Below the pieces are notes generated by a model, which did no database searches, had not been told where the DNA came from, and was given only the letters and a program-made list of their open reading frames with translations. A DNA stretch of 64,000 nucleotides. Origin: an uncultured Candidatus Micrarchaeota archaeon. Lineage in GTDB: Archaea > Micrarchaeota > Micrarchaeia > Anstonellales > Bilamarchaeaceae. The stretch covers positions 208,543 through 272,542 of the forward strand of contig CAVRPK010000001.1 in assembly GCA_963723105.1 (NCBI GenBank). Reading direction: 5' to 3'. The position numbers and the translations under genes are program-made. Positions 17,727 to 27,121 of this stretch are shown here, in pieces. How positions within the stretch are numbered: the stretch's first letter is position 1; every line of letters starts with the position of its first letter.

Positions 17727-19417
17727 TGGACATGTACAATGACAAAAGAATGCTTGCGCTTATCGCATTATTTGCAGTATTCCTAGCAATAGTAGCATTC
17801 AACAGTTCAACAATCAGTGGAATCACAATTATATTGGCAGTTATTGTCTTTGGGTCAATTTCTCTTATGTGGAAAGAATCCCACATAAAAATAGGATCAC
17901 TTGTGCTTCTCATCATACTTGCTATTTTGAATATTTATATTCATGGAATAACATTTGGCATTGACTTTAGCGGAGGAACACGAATACCAGTTGTACTGGA
18001 TGAATCTGTGGACCAGACAACAATGAATGAGCTTGTTCAGACCATAAAAAAGAGAGTCAGTGTCTTTGGACTGACGCAGGTAAAGGTACGTGCAATAGGT
18101 GACAATCAGGTAAATGTAGAGCTTCCAAGTGATGATGAGGCTACAATTGCAATGGTTGAAGATACTCTATCAAAACAAGGAGTTTTCCAGGCAATTGTAG
18201 ATGGAAAAGAAGCAGTCAATGGAGAGCAAATATTTTCGCAATCAATCAGACCAGCACCGCCACAACAGCTTACTGGAGGAGCTGCATGGGGAGTTTTATT
18301 TTCAGTAGATAATGAAGGAGCAGCACAGTTTGCTGCAACTGCAAAAGGAAAGAATGATTATCCGGTTTACATGTTCCTAGATAGGCCACAAGATGCAGCA
18401 GTATTCTATGAAAAAGAAGATTTCAAAAAATACATATCTGCGGATTCTGGAGAAAAAGAATCGCTTAGATCAATGGATGATGCACTTGCACTTGAGAATG
18501 ATGATATTAATGTATACATCATAGAAGACATACCAGCAAACTTTACACCAAAATCCGATAAGACAAAGGCAATTGTTTCAAAAAACATGTCCGCAGCAGC
18601 AAAAGCAAATCTCACAGGATTAGGCTTTGAGGTTGTTGAGTATGATGATGAAGAGATGATACCGGACTTTACAAGAACACGAACAGGTGTCCTTATTTTA
18701 GCAAGACTTGAATCTGTAGGACTCCTAAGTTCGCCCCTTTTAAACAGCGGAATTACAAATGGAATTCAAAGCTACTCATATACAGTAACTGGAGGAGTTA
18801 GTGCAACTAATCCACAAGAGCGCGCACTTGAAGCTCAAGAGCGAGTAAAGAGCATGGAATCAATCCTTAAAGGAGGTTCTCTCCCAGTACAAATTTCTCT
18901 TGGATCTAGAACCACCGTACCAGCATCTCTTGGAAGTGAGTTCCTTAAGCTCAGTATGATGGCAATTGCAGCATCACTAATTGCAATTTCAGTGCTTATT
19001 GGAGTTAGATACAAGAATCTAAAGGTAACGGCGCCAATCGTGTTAATTGGCCTTGCAGAGCTTGTAATTCTTATATCCATTCTGGGTTCATTCACAATAG
19101 ACCTTGCTGCAATGGCAGGTATCATTGCTGCTGTAGGTGTTGGAGTAGATGCTCAGATAGTTATCACAGATGAAATTCTAAAGAAAGATAATAGAAAAGT
19201 AGTTGAAAAAATAGAACTTGCATTTGGAATTATCAAAACAAATGCAACAGTAGCTATATTTGCAATGGTTCCGCTTCTTTTCTCAGGACTTGTTGAGATC
19301 ATTGGATTTGCAGAATCAACCATTCTTGGAGCGCTTCTTGGATATCTCCTTACAAGGCCAGCATATGCCACAATAGTGGAAATGATAGTTGAAACTAAAC
19401 ACGACGGAACAGCATAG
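17726..19417 (+). CDS. secD: protein-export membrane protein SecD
   Basis: 563 aa. TM1, GIDFSGGTR, a large extracytoplasmic domain and a C-terminal 5-TM block (GIIAAVGVGVDAQIVI). Confidence 0.8.
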   Translation: MDMYNDKRMLALIALFAVFLAIVAFNSSTISGITIILAVIVFGSISLMWKESHIKIGSLVLLIILAILNIYIHGITFGIDFSGGTRIPVVLDESVDQTTMNELVQTIKKRVSVFGLTQVKVRAIGDNQVNVELPSDDEATIAMVEDTLSKQGVFQAIVDGKEAVNGEQIFSQSIRPAPPQQLTGGAAWGVLFSVDNEGAAQFAATAKGKNDYPVYMFLDRPQDAAVFYEKEDFKKYISADSGEKESLRSMDDALALENDDINVYIIEDIPANFTPKSDKTKAIVSKNMSAAAKANLTGLGFEVVEYDDEEMIPDFTRTRTGVLILARLESVGLLSSPLLNSGITNGIQSYSYTVTGGVSATNPQERALEAQERVKSMESILKGGSLPVQISLGSRTTVPASLGSEFLKLSMMAIAASLIAISVLIGVRYKNLKVTAPIVLIGLAELVILISILGSFTIDLAAMAGIIAAVGVGVDAQIVITDEILKKDNRKVVEKIELAFGIIKTNATVAIFAMVPLLFSGLVEIIGFAESTILGALLGYLLTRPAYATIVEMIVETKHDGTA

Positions 19418-19448
19418 CTTATAAATACTATGAAACATAAAGTACAAC

Positions 19449-21077
19449 ATGCAAAGATTTCGGTCCAGGGCAAATAGGGGAATGGATCTGAGAAGGCCTC
19501 AGAGAAATTTCCAGCAAATTCAGCAGAGCCAGGACCCAATAGTTAGCACTATAGTAAGAGGAAGGCCAGAAGGAGGAGCACGTAAAAGCTATAGGGTAGT
19601 TGATATTCTTGGAAAGGGTGGAATGGGCAGTGTTTATCTTGCATATGATGAAAAAGGAGAAAAAGTTGCACTAAAGCTAAGCAACGCATCTATTACTGAC
19701 GGCGATTCCGCATCACGTTTTTTCAGAGAGATTAAATCTAATTTAAGGATAAAACACCCGAATGTTATCCGTACTCTTGATTACGAATTATACAAAGAAC
19801 AGCCATTTTGCATTATAGAATTTCTTGATGGACAAGATCTTGCAGAGGAATTGAAGGGAAATGACGGAGCATTGAGTTGGGATGAAGTAAAACCATATCT
19901 CATGCAACTTTGCGATGGACTTGGAGCAGCACATGCCAGAGGCATTATACACAGAGACCTCAAGCCAGGAAACATATTCATAACAAAAGAAGGAGTAGTT
20001 AAAATACTTGATTTTGGACTTGCAAAAAGATTAACAAACGGAAAAGAGGAAGTCACTGTTGGTGATGATCTTACACGAGAAGGAACGATAATGGGAACAT
20101 TCAACTACATGGCACCAGAGCAAACACTTGGAAAAAAAGATGGGTATGATCATAGAGCAGATTTATACTCAGTTGGAATTATCATGTACAAGCTTCTTAC
20201 TGGAGATGTTCCATTCAAAGGAGAAAACATCTTAGAGTTGATTGAAAGTATCAAAAATGATGCACCAAAGCGTCCTAGTGAAATGAAACCAGATGCAAAC
20301 ATCACTCCAGGAATTGAAGCAGTAATTCTAAAGGCAATCAGAAAAGATCCCAGAGACAGATTCCAAAATGCAGCAGAGCTAAAGGCAGCTATTATGGATA
20401 CTGAGGTATTTTCAGATCAGCTTGAAAACCTTATGTTGCTTCATACAAGAGAAAGTACAATCAGGCCGTCAATGCATCCTGAACCAAAAACAATGCCAGA
20501 GAGACCAGACAGTAGGCAGATACCAACAGAAAAAGTTGTTCCAGAAAGACCAGCAACCATAGTCAGTAATTTGGGCAAAGAAACAGGGGGATTAAGAGAC
20601 GAAGAAACTCCACAAGTAAAAACAGGCAGCTGGCTCAAAAGGACCATAGTAGTAGGAGCACTTGCTGCCATGGTTGGAGCTGGATATTATTATAGAAATG
20701 AAATAATACCTAGAATTGAGCCTGTCATAGACCAAATTCAAAGACTAGGGGAAGGTAGACAAGAACCAGTACAACAGCCAGTTCAATCAGTAAATTTCAG
20801 GGCAAGAATTGAAACAACTCCAACTGGCGCAGATGTATTTATTGAGAAAAACAGAAGATTCCACAGAATAGGAAACACGGAAAATCCACTTGAGCTGATG
20901 CTTGAGAGAAAAGAACACAGGCTAGTTATTAGAAAAAGAGGATATAGAGACAAGAGGATAACAATTTCACCAGATGAGGCTACAGCTTCGATAAAACTTA
21001 GTCCAGTGAGAAGACGACAAAGAAGATCTGCCATAAATATTGATGAAACTGAAATAGAAGCAGAAGAGGATAATTAA
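19449..21077 (+). CDS. Hanks-type Ser/Thr protein kinase with TM segment and PEGA-like C-terminal domain
   Basis: GKGGMGSVY, VALKL, HRDLKPGN, DFGLA, APE. TM segment IVVGALAAMVGAGYYY. C-terminal TPTGADVFIEKN...LVIRKRGYRDKRITISP resembles a PEGA domain. Confidence 0.85.
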   Translation: MQRFRSRANRGMDLRRPQRNFQQIQQSQDPIVSTIVRGRPEGGARKSYRVVDILGKGGMGSVYLAYDEKGEKVALKLSNASITDGDSASRFFREIKSNLRIKHPNVIRTLDYELYKEQPFCIIEFLDGQDLAEELKGNDGALSWDEVKPYLMQLCDGLGAAHARGIIHRDLKPGNIFITKEGVVKILDFGLAKRLTNGKEEVTVGDDLTREGTIMGTFNYMAPEQTLGKKDGYDHRADLYSVGIIMYKLLTGDVPFKGENILELIESIKNDAPKRPSEMKPDANITPGIEAVILKAIRKDPRDRFQNAAELKAAIMDTEVFSDQLENLMLLHTRESTIRPSMHPEPKTMPERPDSRQIPTEKVVPERPATIVSNLGKETGGLRDEETPQVKTGSWLKRTIVVGALAAMVGAGYYYRNEIIPRIEPVIDQIQRLGEGRQEPVQQPVQSVNFRARIETTPTGADVFIEKNRRFHRIGNTENPLELMLERKEHRLVIRKRGYRDKRITISPDEATASIKLSPVRRRQRRSAINIDETEIEAEEDN

Positions 21078-21102
21078 AAAATCTAATTGGATAAATTATC
21101 TC

Positions 21103-23664
21103 ATGTGTAACCTGTATCTTGAAGGGACACGTGCCATTGTCGACCTGGCAAAGTGCCCGTATGAATTTGCTTCTCCAGAATTTTTGAATCTTCATCTTAA
21201 AGATCTTTCAACCACTGAATCTCCTATAAAAACAATTCGGTATGAAGAAGAGATTGTAGTCGAATTAAATGAGAAGAAAACCTCAATATTAACCCAATAT
21301 GCTGCATTTATCAGGCAACTGGAAACAATACTTCTCAAAAATGACATTTATGGATTGAACCAGGATCCAGCTTCCGCCGGAAGGAAAAAAATGCTCAAAA
21401 GATTCTATGAATACGTTTTTCTAAATCCTATTCTGGCAGCAAACCAACTTGCAGATTATCAGGAAGATGAACCTGAGCGATCAATTTATTTTGCAGGATA
21501 TAGAACATTCAAAGGATGGGTTGCAGGAATCCTGAAGAGATACAAATCAACTGCATTATACAACCTTGTTAAAGAAACAGGAGACCTTAGAGCTGCATTT
21601 TTGAATTTAGTCGGGCTTCGAACACTTTATTTTGTTCCGTCTTTGGTTTTGGACATTCCCCCAGGCGCAAAACCAGTAAATGCAGATGATGCAAGGTATG
21701 ATCTTCCATTTGGTGTAAAGGCACAAATCTATGAAGTTCCAAACGCAGAAGCTTATCTTTATGTACAAGAAAATACAATAGAAAAGCTAGGAGGTGACCT
21801 AAATAATCTTCTGAAAACAACAATCAATGAACAATTCAAAGAACAGTTCAGCAACGTAGACTGGGATATTTTAATGAGTATCAAAACAAGGGAATATCGC
21901 CAGTTTTTCATTGATCGTGCAATGATGGAGGGGAATAAGATCACCCCGAAACAGGCAATGGAGATGGGAAGAGAATGCGCTGCATGGGTTGTTGGTATGG
22001 GAGCGCATATCGAAAATTTGGCACTTGATAAGGAGAATATTACTGATATTTACATTGACAGCGAAAACTCACCAATTTACATTGAACATGCAAAATACGG
22101 ACTTTGCCACACACTGTACAGATACAACAGAGATCTTCTTGAGAGATGTTTCAAAAATATTGTCCAGACCCTGAAAGGAACGAGAAAGTTTGATGAAAAC
22201 AGCCCTATTGTCGACGTTGTTTTGAAGAGACATGCAATGAGATGCCACTTGCAAAGGCCACCAGCAACATTTGGTGAACTTCAGGGAGCTCTTAGAATCA
22301 TGAAAGAACAGCCATTTACATACGCACAGTATTTGAATTTCAAATCATTTACTCCATTCTTTGCTGGGTATGATGATGTTATGGTAACTCTTGGATGTTC
22401 AGAAGCAGTTCTGGGGCTTAAAGGTGTTGGTAAAACTTCATTTACTGCTGCAAAAGTAACTTCTATTGGTACAAGAAGAAGAATTATCCCCATCCAAGAT
22501 ATCGAAGAAATTCCTGTTCGTGCATTTAGAAAAAGAGGATTCCATATTGGTGCTGCAAGAGTACAAAGTTCTGAGTCAGAAGGAGCAGGAACAACCAAAG
22601 AACTGGATCTGGTTACAATGGCAAATGCACTTCTTCGTATGGGTGATGCTGCGCTTATTATTAACGAAGTTAGATCTCGTGTTGCTGTACAGGGTATTAT
22701 CAACCTCCTCAACACTCAGCCAGGGGTTTTCCTGCTATATAACCTCCATGCAGAATCACTTCGTGATGTGCAGGACAGACTTGAACTTGTTTTCGGACTT
22801 CCCGCAGCAAGCATGTATGCAACAGACAGATACAGTTTCCTAAAGAAAATCAGGTTTGGTAGAAAGGGAAGAATATTCAGAGTTCTTGGTTTTGAATATG
22901 AAACAGACATTGAAGAAAAGAAATTTGTTGAAATCTTCAGATTCAGACGTGGAGATAGTATCGACGAGTGTACATGGGAAGCAAAATTCCTAAGGAATCC
23001 TGAAGCAACAATGACAGACTTTGAAAATGTTGATATTAGAAAACTGGAGAGAGAACTTGATATAGCATTTATTCCACCGGCACTTGGCAGAAGAAGTGAA
23101 GAAACAGGAATTTCACCAGAGCAGTATATTATCCAGGCATTCTGGAAAGGAAAAATGTATGATCAAATTTACAAAACAAGCCTAAGGCTAAATGATAAGC
23201 TGATGCTAGAGCTTGATTTTGTACTGAAAGTTAATACTGCTGCAACAAGACATCTTGTTGCAATGGAAAATGAACAGGGCGGAATTGACTTTGGTGATGC
23301 TTGGGACAAATGGGAACCAATATTCAAACGAATAGTCCAGGAAGAGCTAAGCAAAAGAAAGCTTGAAGCAGTACAAATTCCAGATGAACCGAAGGCAATA
23401 AAAGAAAACAATGTTTCATCAGCAGCACCAGCTTCAAAAGCACTGGATGATGTCGAGGAGGAGGATAAAGATGAGCCGCCACCAGCTCCACCACCTTCAA
23501 TTAGAGCTGCAACAAAACCAGCACATCCTCCAGCAACAAAACCAGTAGCAAAGGCAAAACCAGAGACAAAAAAAGAAACTAAACATACGGAAAAAACTAC
23601 GGCAAAAGCAAAACTTTCTCTAAAAGAGAGATTAAAACAAAAGAGAAGAGATAAGAAAAAATAA
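21103..23664 (+). CDS. divergent type II/IV secretion (GspE/FlaI/VirB11) family ATPase with ~430-aa N-extension and Lys/Pro-rich tail
   Basis: Walker A GLKGVGKTS, Asp-box-like PIQDIEEIP, Walker B-like ALLRMGDAALIINEVRSRVAVQG, His-box-like YNLHAES. All appear in the family order. Confidence 0.6.
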   Translation: MCNLYLEGTRAIVDLAKCPYEFASPEFLNLHLKDLSTTESPIKTIRYEEEIVVELNEKKTSILTQYAAFIRQLETILLKNDIYGLNQDPASAGRKKMLKRFYEYVFLNPILAANQLADYQEDEPERSIYFAGYRTFKGWVAGILKRYKSTALYNLVKETGDLRAAFLNLVGLRTLYFVPSLVLDIPPGAKPVNADDARYDLPFGVKAQIYEVPNAEAYLYVQENTIEKLGGDLNNLLKTTINEQFKEQFSNVDWDILMSIKTREYRQFFIDRAMMEGNKITPKQAMEMGRECAAWVVGMGAHIENLALDKENITDIYIDSENSPIYIEHAKYGLCHTLYRYNRDLLERCFKNIVQTLKGTRKFDENSPIVDVVLKRHAMRCHLQRPPATFGELQGALRIMKEQPFTYAQYLNFKSFTPFFAGYDDVMVTLGCSEAVLGLKGVGKTSFTAAKVTSIGTRRRIIPIQDIEEIPVRAFRKRGFHIGAARVQSSESEGAGTTKELDLVTMANALLRMGDAALIINEVRSRVAVQGIINLLNTQPGVFLLYNLHAESLRDVQDRLELVFGLPAASMYATDRYSFLKKIRFGRKGRIFRVLGFEYETDIEEKKFVEIFRFRRGDSIDECTWEAKFLRNPEATMTDFENVDIRKLERELDIAFIPPALGRRSEETGISPEQYIIQAFWKGKMYDQIYKTSLRLNDKLMLELDFVLKVNTAATRHLVAMENEQGGIDFGDAWDKWEPIFKRIVQEELSKRKLEAVQIPDEPKAIKENNVSSAAPASKALDDVEEEDKDEPPPAPPPSIRAATKPAHPPATKPVAKAKPETKKETKHTEKTTAKAKLSLKERLKQKRRDKKK

Positions 23665-24828
23665 TTATTGTGATGCTTCTTTCATGAATTTTTCAATTCT
23701 GTTAAATGCATCATCAAGTTGATCCTGCTGTGGAAGAAGAACCATCCTAAAGTATTTTTTATCAGTCTTCTTTGGTATAAAGCCAGAACCTGGAACAACA
23801 ACAACTCCGGTCTTTAGAAGCTCATAAACAAATTCAGTATCAGTTTTCCAAGGACCCTCAACACCGATAAATGCATAGAATGCTCCTTTTGGAGGAGAGA
23901 TGCTCAGGCCATCGATTTCACCGACCCGCTTCACCACAAGGTCTCTTCTTTTCTTGAGCTCTGAATTGAATGATTGGATATGATCCTGAGGACCTTTGAG
24001 CGCTGCAATATATGCACGCTGCATTTCCCAGTTAACAGAAAGCCTTTGGTTACAGAGCCTTTGAATAGTATCTTTGATCTCATCCCAGCCTTCGCCAGAG
24101 AATGCCAAGTATGCAGCGCGAGCACCTGGATAAATGTAATTTTTGGAAAGGCTATTTCCAGAAACAACAGGAACATCCTTGCACACTTCCTTTACCCGGG
24201 TAATCTCGCCATCAAAGACCATCTGATCATAAACATCATCTGCAATAATTGGCAGTTTGTATTCTCCAGCAATATCGACTATTCCTTCGATCGTTTTTCT
24301 TGAATAAACTGCTCCGGTTGGATTGTTTGGATTGATGACTACAAGAGCTTTCGTATACTCATTGATATTCATTCTAAGACTATCAAGGTCAGGTTCCATA
24401 TCCTCATCACAGTCATAAAAGTCAACTGTTCCATAGTTGATCCTCTCCTTTGTCAGATAAAGTGGATATGTTGGAACAGGAAGGAGAAAATTGCGTCCGG
24501 GGTCTAAAAGAGCCTGAAACAAAAAGTCGATTCCTTCACTAAGACCTGCAGTAATAAAGACATCTTCTGGAGAAACTTTTTCATATTCAGCAACAGCTTC
24601 CAGAAGCTCCGGATCTCCTTCTGATGGAGCATAACCAGAATAATTTTGTTTGAGCGCATCTGCTGCTGCATCAAGTATATGTTGTGGAGGCCTGAACCCA
24701 TATGGAGCAGGATCGCCGATATTCAAATAGATCATGTCTGTGCCTTGCTTTTCATATTTTTTTGCTGCTTGAACAATATCCCGGATTGGATATGAAACTA
24801 GCTCGCTTTTGATTGATGGTCCGATCAT
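23665..24828 (-). CDS. class I/II PLP-dependent aminotransferase (Ala/Asp aminotransferase-like)
   Basis: 387 aa. Fold-type I blocks NPNNPTG and SGNSLSKNYIYPGARAAY (PLP lysine). Confidence 0.75.
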   Translation of the reverse strand: MIGPSIKSELVSYPIRDIVQAAKKYEKQGTDMIYLNIGDPAPYGFRPPQHILDAAADALKQNYSGYAPSEGDPELLEAVAEYEKVSPEDVFITAGLSEGIDFLFQALLDPGRNFLLPVPTYPLYLTKERINYGTVDFYDCDEDMEPDLDSLRMNINEYTKALVVINPNNPTGAVYSRKTIEGIVDIAGEYKLPIIADDVYDQMVFDGEITRVKEVCKDVPVVSGNSLSKNYIYPGARAAYLAFSGEGWDEIKDTIQRLCNQRLSVNWEMQRAYIAALKGPQDHIQSFNSELKKRRDLVVKRVGEIDGLSISPPKGAFYAFIGVEGPWKTDTEFVYELLKTGVVVVPGSGFIPKKTDKKYFRMVLLPQQDQLDDAFNRIEKFMKEASQ

Positions 24829-24923
24829 ATTTTCACCTAAAATTATTGTCTTGATATATGCTAGAATGTTTTTATTGGTGACTATACGTCATAAGACGTG
24901 ATATTTGATAGTGACAAAAGAAT

Positions 24924-25280
24924 TTAGGTTCCCATGGAAAATTTGATTGTTTTAGGTTCAGAATTGAAGATAATTGTACGGTATGATGAAACTGAAAGAC
25001 TATGATTATTAACTCCGCCCCTGCAGTTTGTAGTTTCAATTCCATCTAAAAAAAAGCAAAGTCCAGTAACACTGCCAAGTTGATTAAGGTCAGCTTCAAC
25101 CAACTGCATATCCGACAAATCCTCAAAATTACCCCGAAGATAAAGAACTCTCCAAGCATCGCTGGAAAGTTGCATCTGATAAACCTGATAGTTAAGCTCT
25201 GGAGCCTCAAGGCTTACTAAACTCAGAGTTAGCATCCAGACAAAAAACAAAAGTGAAATTATTGCTTCGAAGGTTTGCAT
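24924..25280 (-). CDS. small pilin-like/hydrophobic N-terminus protein (4th gene of pilin-like operon)
   Basis: Start ATG 25280, 4 nt after GGTGAT. N-terminus MQTFEAIISLLFFVWMLTLSLV. Confidence 0.45.
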   Translation of the reverse strand: MQTFEAIISLLFFVWMLTLSLVSLEAPELNYQVYQMQLSSDAWRVLYLRGNFEDLSDMQLVEADLNQLGSVTGLCFFLDGIETTNCRGGVNNHSLSVSSYRTIIFNSEPKTIKFSMGT

Positions 25281-25281
25281 T

Positions 25282-25686
25282 TTAATCACCACATACAAAA
25301 AGTTTTGATATTTTCTTTGAGTTGCCAGAGACAACTACCCTATAGATACACATTGAAGATTCGTATGGCTCATCCAGAGAAATAAAGAGCTCATTGAGAC
25401 TATATCGCATACGAAGAGCTTCTGAATATGAAGAAGAGACCTTATCTTCTTCAATCCAATTTGGATATCGTATATTTCCATCTCGTACTACTGCGCCGGA
25501 TTTTACAGTATAATCAGCAACTAAAACCAGCTTGTCAAATAGATCCTGATCTTGAGAACTTTCATCTATTGACTGGCCAACATATTGGACAAATTGGAAT
25601 AATAAAACAAAAATCATCAAAATTGGAATAACAGAAAAAAGAGTATCAAAAGAGATAGCTCCTCTATAATGGCTCTGACTTTTCAT
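25282..25686 (-). CDS. archaeal type IV pilin-like protein (class III signal peptide)
   Basis: Start ATG 25686. MKSQSHYRG/AISFDTLFSVIPILMIFVLLF has a short charged leader, a G/A site and a hydrophobic helix. Confidence 0.55.
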   Translation of the reverse strand: MKSQSHYRGAISFDTLFSVIPILMIFVLLFQFVQYVGQSIDESSQDQDLFDKLVLVADYTVKSGAVVRDGNIRYPNWIEEDKVSSSYSEALRMRYSLNELFISLDEPYESSMCIYRVVVSGNSKKISKLFVCGD

Positions 25687-25981
25687 AATCAAAAACCCCC
25701 TCAATTTCAATAACTTCCTCATTATAAACGACCAAAAATCGATCATTTTCTATTCTGAAAAAAATATTTTCAGAACTAAAATCTAGCGGATAGATCCGTC
25801 CATTGTTTAGCCAAAGCGAAGCAGCAAAAGAAGCTTGTTTTGTTGCAGTTATTTTCTGAAGATCTGCATGAGCATCCTGCATTTTTTCTTGCTCAACGAT
25901 TAGAACTGAGGCCAAAGTGGAAAACAGCACTAAGCTAATTGAAAACATCAATAAAAATTCAAGACTAATCTGACCTTTCAT
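25664..25981 (-). CDS. archaeal type IV pilin-like protein (class III signal peptide)
   Basis: MKG/QISLEFLLMFSISLVLFSTLASVLIV matches the archaeal prepilin pattern [KR]G-Q-x-S-x-E-[FY]-L-L. GGTGAT lies 5 nt upstream. Confidence 0.65.
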   Translation of the reverse strand: MKGQISLEFLLMFSISLVLFSTLASVLIVEQEKMQDAHADLQKITATKQASFAASLWLNNGRIYPLDFSSENIFFRIENDRFLVVYNEEVIEIEGVFDYEKSEPL

Positions 25982-26519
25982 AAACTATCACCCCTGATGG
26001 CACATTTACCTCTCCATAAATATCAAATTTTTCAGAATGTATCAGAATAGGAATATTGTTTGTGATCTTTACAGAATCCAGACTAAATCCATTTTTTGAT
26101 ATTGGATCAGGACGAGTGTATGCTTCCAATTGCACTTCACCAATAGAAACCTCAAAATCTGGATCAAAGGAATGAGATTTCAGTTTATTTATTGATATAA
26201 GAGAATGTGTTTTGGCAGCAGCTCTGGATTCGGATTCTCTAAAGCACTTCTGGCATTTGAGAGGATCACAGGTCTTTGGATGACATGCAGGACAATGCAC
26301 GCACATTGCAATATCATAATTGAGATTGTAATTGTCAAAACCAGCTTGAGCGCCTTGCCAAAGTGATTCAAGAATAGCTTCCTTTACATTCATTGAAAGA
26401 GAATAGGAACGCTCAATCAGAAGAGCTTTTGTGGAGCTGTAATGTATATTGAACTCTATAAGCGTAAAGACTAGACCTATCGATAACAATACAAGAACAA
26501 AAGATAGATAACCCCTCAT
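25965..26519 (-). CDS. pilin-like protein (first gene of operon)
   Basis: MRG/YLSFVLVLLSIGLVFTLIEF at the N-terminus. Contains a CVHCPACHPKTCDPLKCQKC Cys cluster. Overlaps the next gene by 17 nt. Confidence 0.45.
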   Translation of the reverse strand: MRGYLSFVLVLLSIGLVFTLIEFNIHYSSTKALLIERSYSLSMNVKEAILESLWQGAQAGFDNYNLNYDIAMCVHCPACHPKTCDPLKCQKCFRESESRAAAKTHSLISINKLKSHSFDPDFEVSIGEVQLEAYTRPDPISKNGFSLDSVKITNNIPILIHSEKFDIYGEVNVPSGVIVYERSD

Positions 26520-26608
26520 TCATCCCCCAGAAATAAATTAAAGGTTAAAATTAATAAATTAACATAAAAACCACTGTTTAAGAATATAGTGGGCAATAAT
26601 GAATTGTT

Positions 26609-27121
26609 ATGATTCAAAATCAAAACAAACAAAGTGGTGAAAAAAAACCAAATCAACCTCCAGAGTTTCGAAATCCGGTTCTTTTAGTCGATAACATAAT
26701 TGAAAAAACCATAAATAGAGGAGCAGAAAAAATTGGAATCAAAAAAAGAACTTTGGCATATACTTCAATAGCAACTGGTACGGTCTTTTCCATGTTTGCA
26801 AGCAGTCCCAACATGGAAAACATGAATGACTGGCTATCTGCCAATATTACTTTTGGAATAGGATATGCTATTCTTGGAACAGTTGCCCATTCATTTCTGA
26901 CAAGCGATGATGATGCCATAAAGGATAAGGCAGGAATAGCGAAAATTGGAACCAAAGCCTTGCGCCTTTTGCAGACAGGTCTTGGAGTAATTGGAATTGT
27001 TGGTGCAGTAGCAGGCTCAACGCTGGAGCCGATTGCAACAACCATTTTCGATTTTGGAGTTGCTGGAGCATTTTACCTATTTGGAAATAAAGATAAGAAA
27101 AAAGAAGATGAAACTATCTAG
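26609..27121 (+). CDS. hypothetical membrane protein
   Basis: 170 aa with three Gly-rich hydrophobic segments. No family recognised. Confidence 0.45.
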   Translation: MIQNQNKQSGEKKPNQPPEFRNPVLLVDNIIEKTINRGAEKIGIKKRTLAYTSIATGTVFSMFASSPNMENMNDWLSANITFGIGYAILGTVAHSFLTSDDDAIKDKAGIAKIGTKALRLLQTGLGVIGIVGAVAGSTLEPIATTIFDFGVAGAFYLFGNKDKKKEDETI

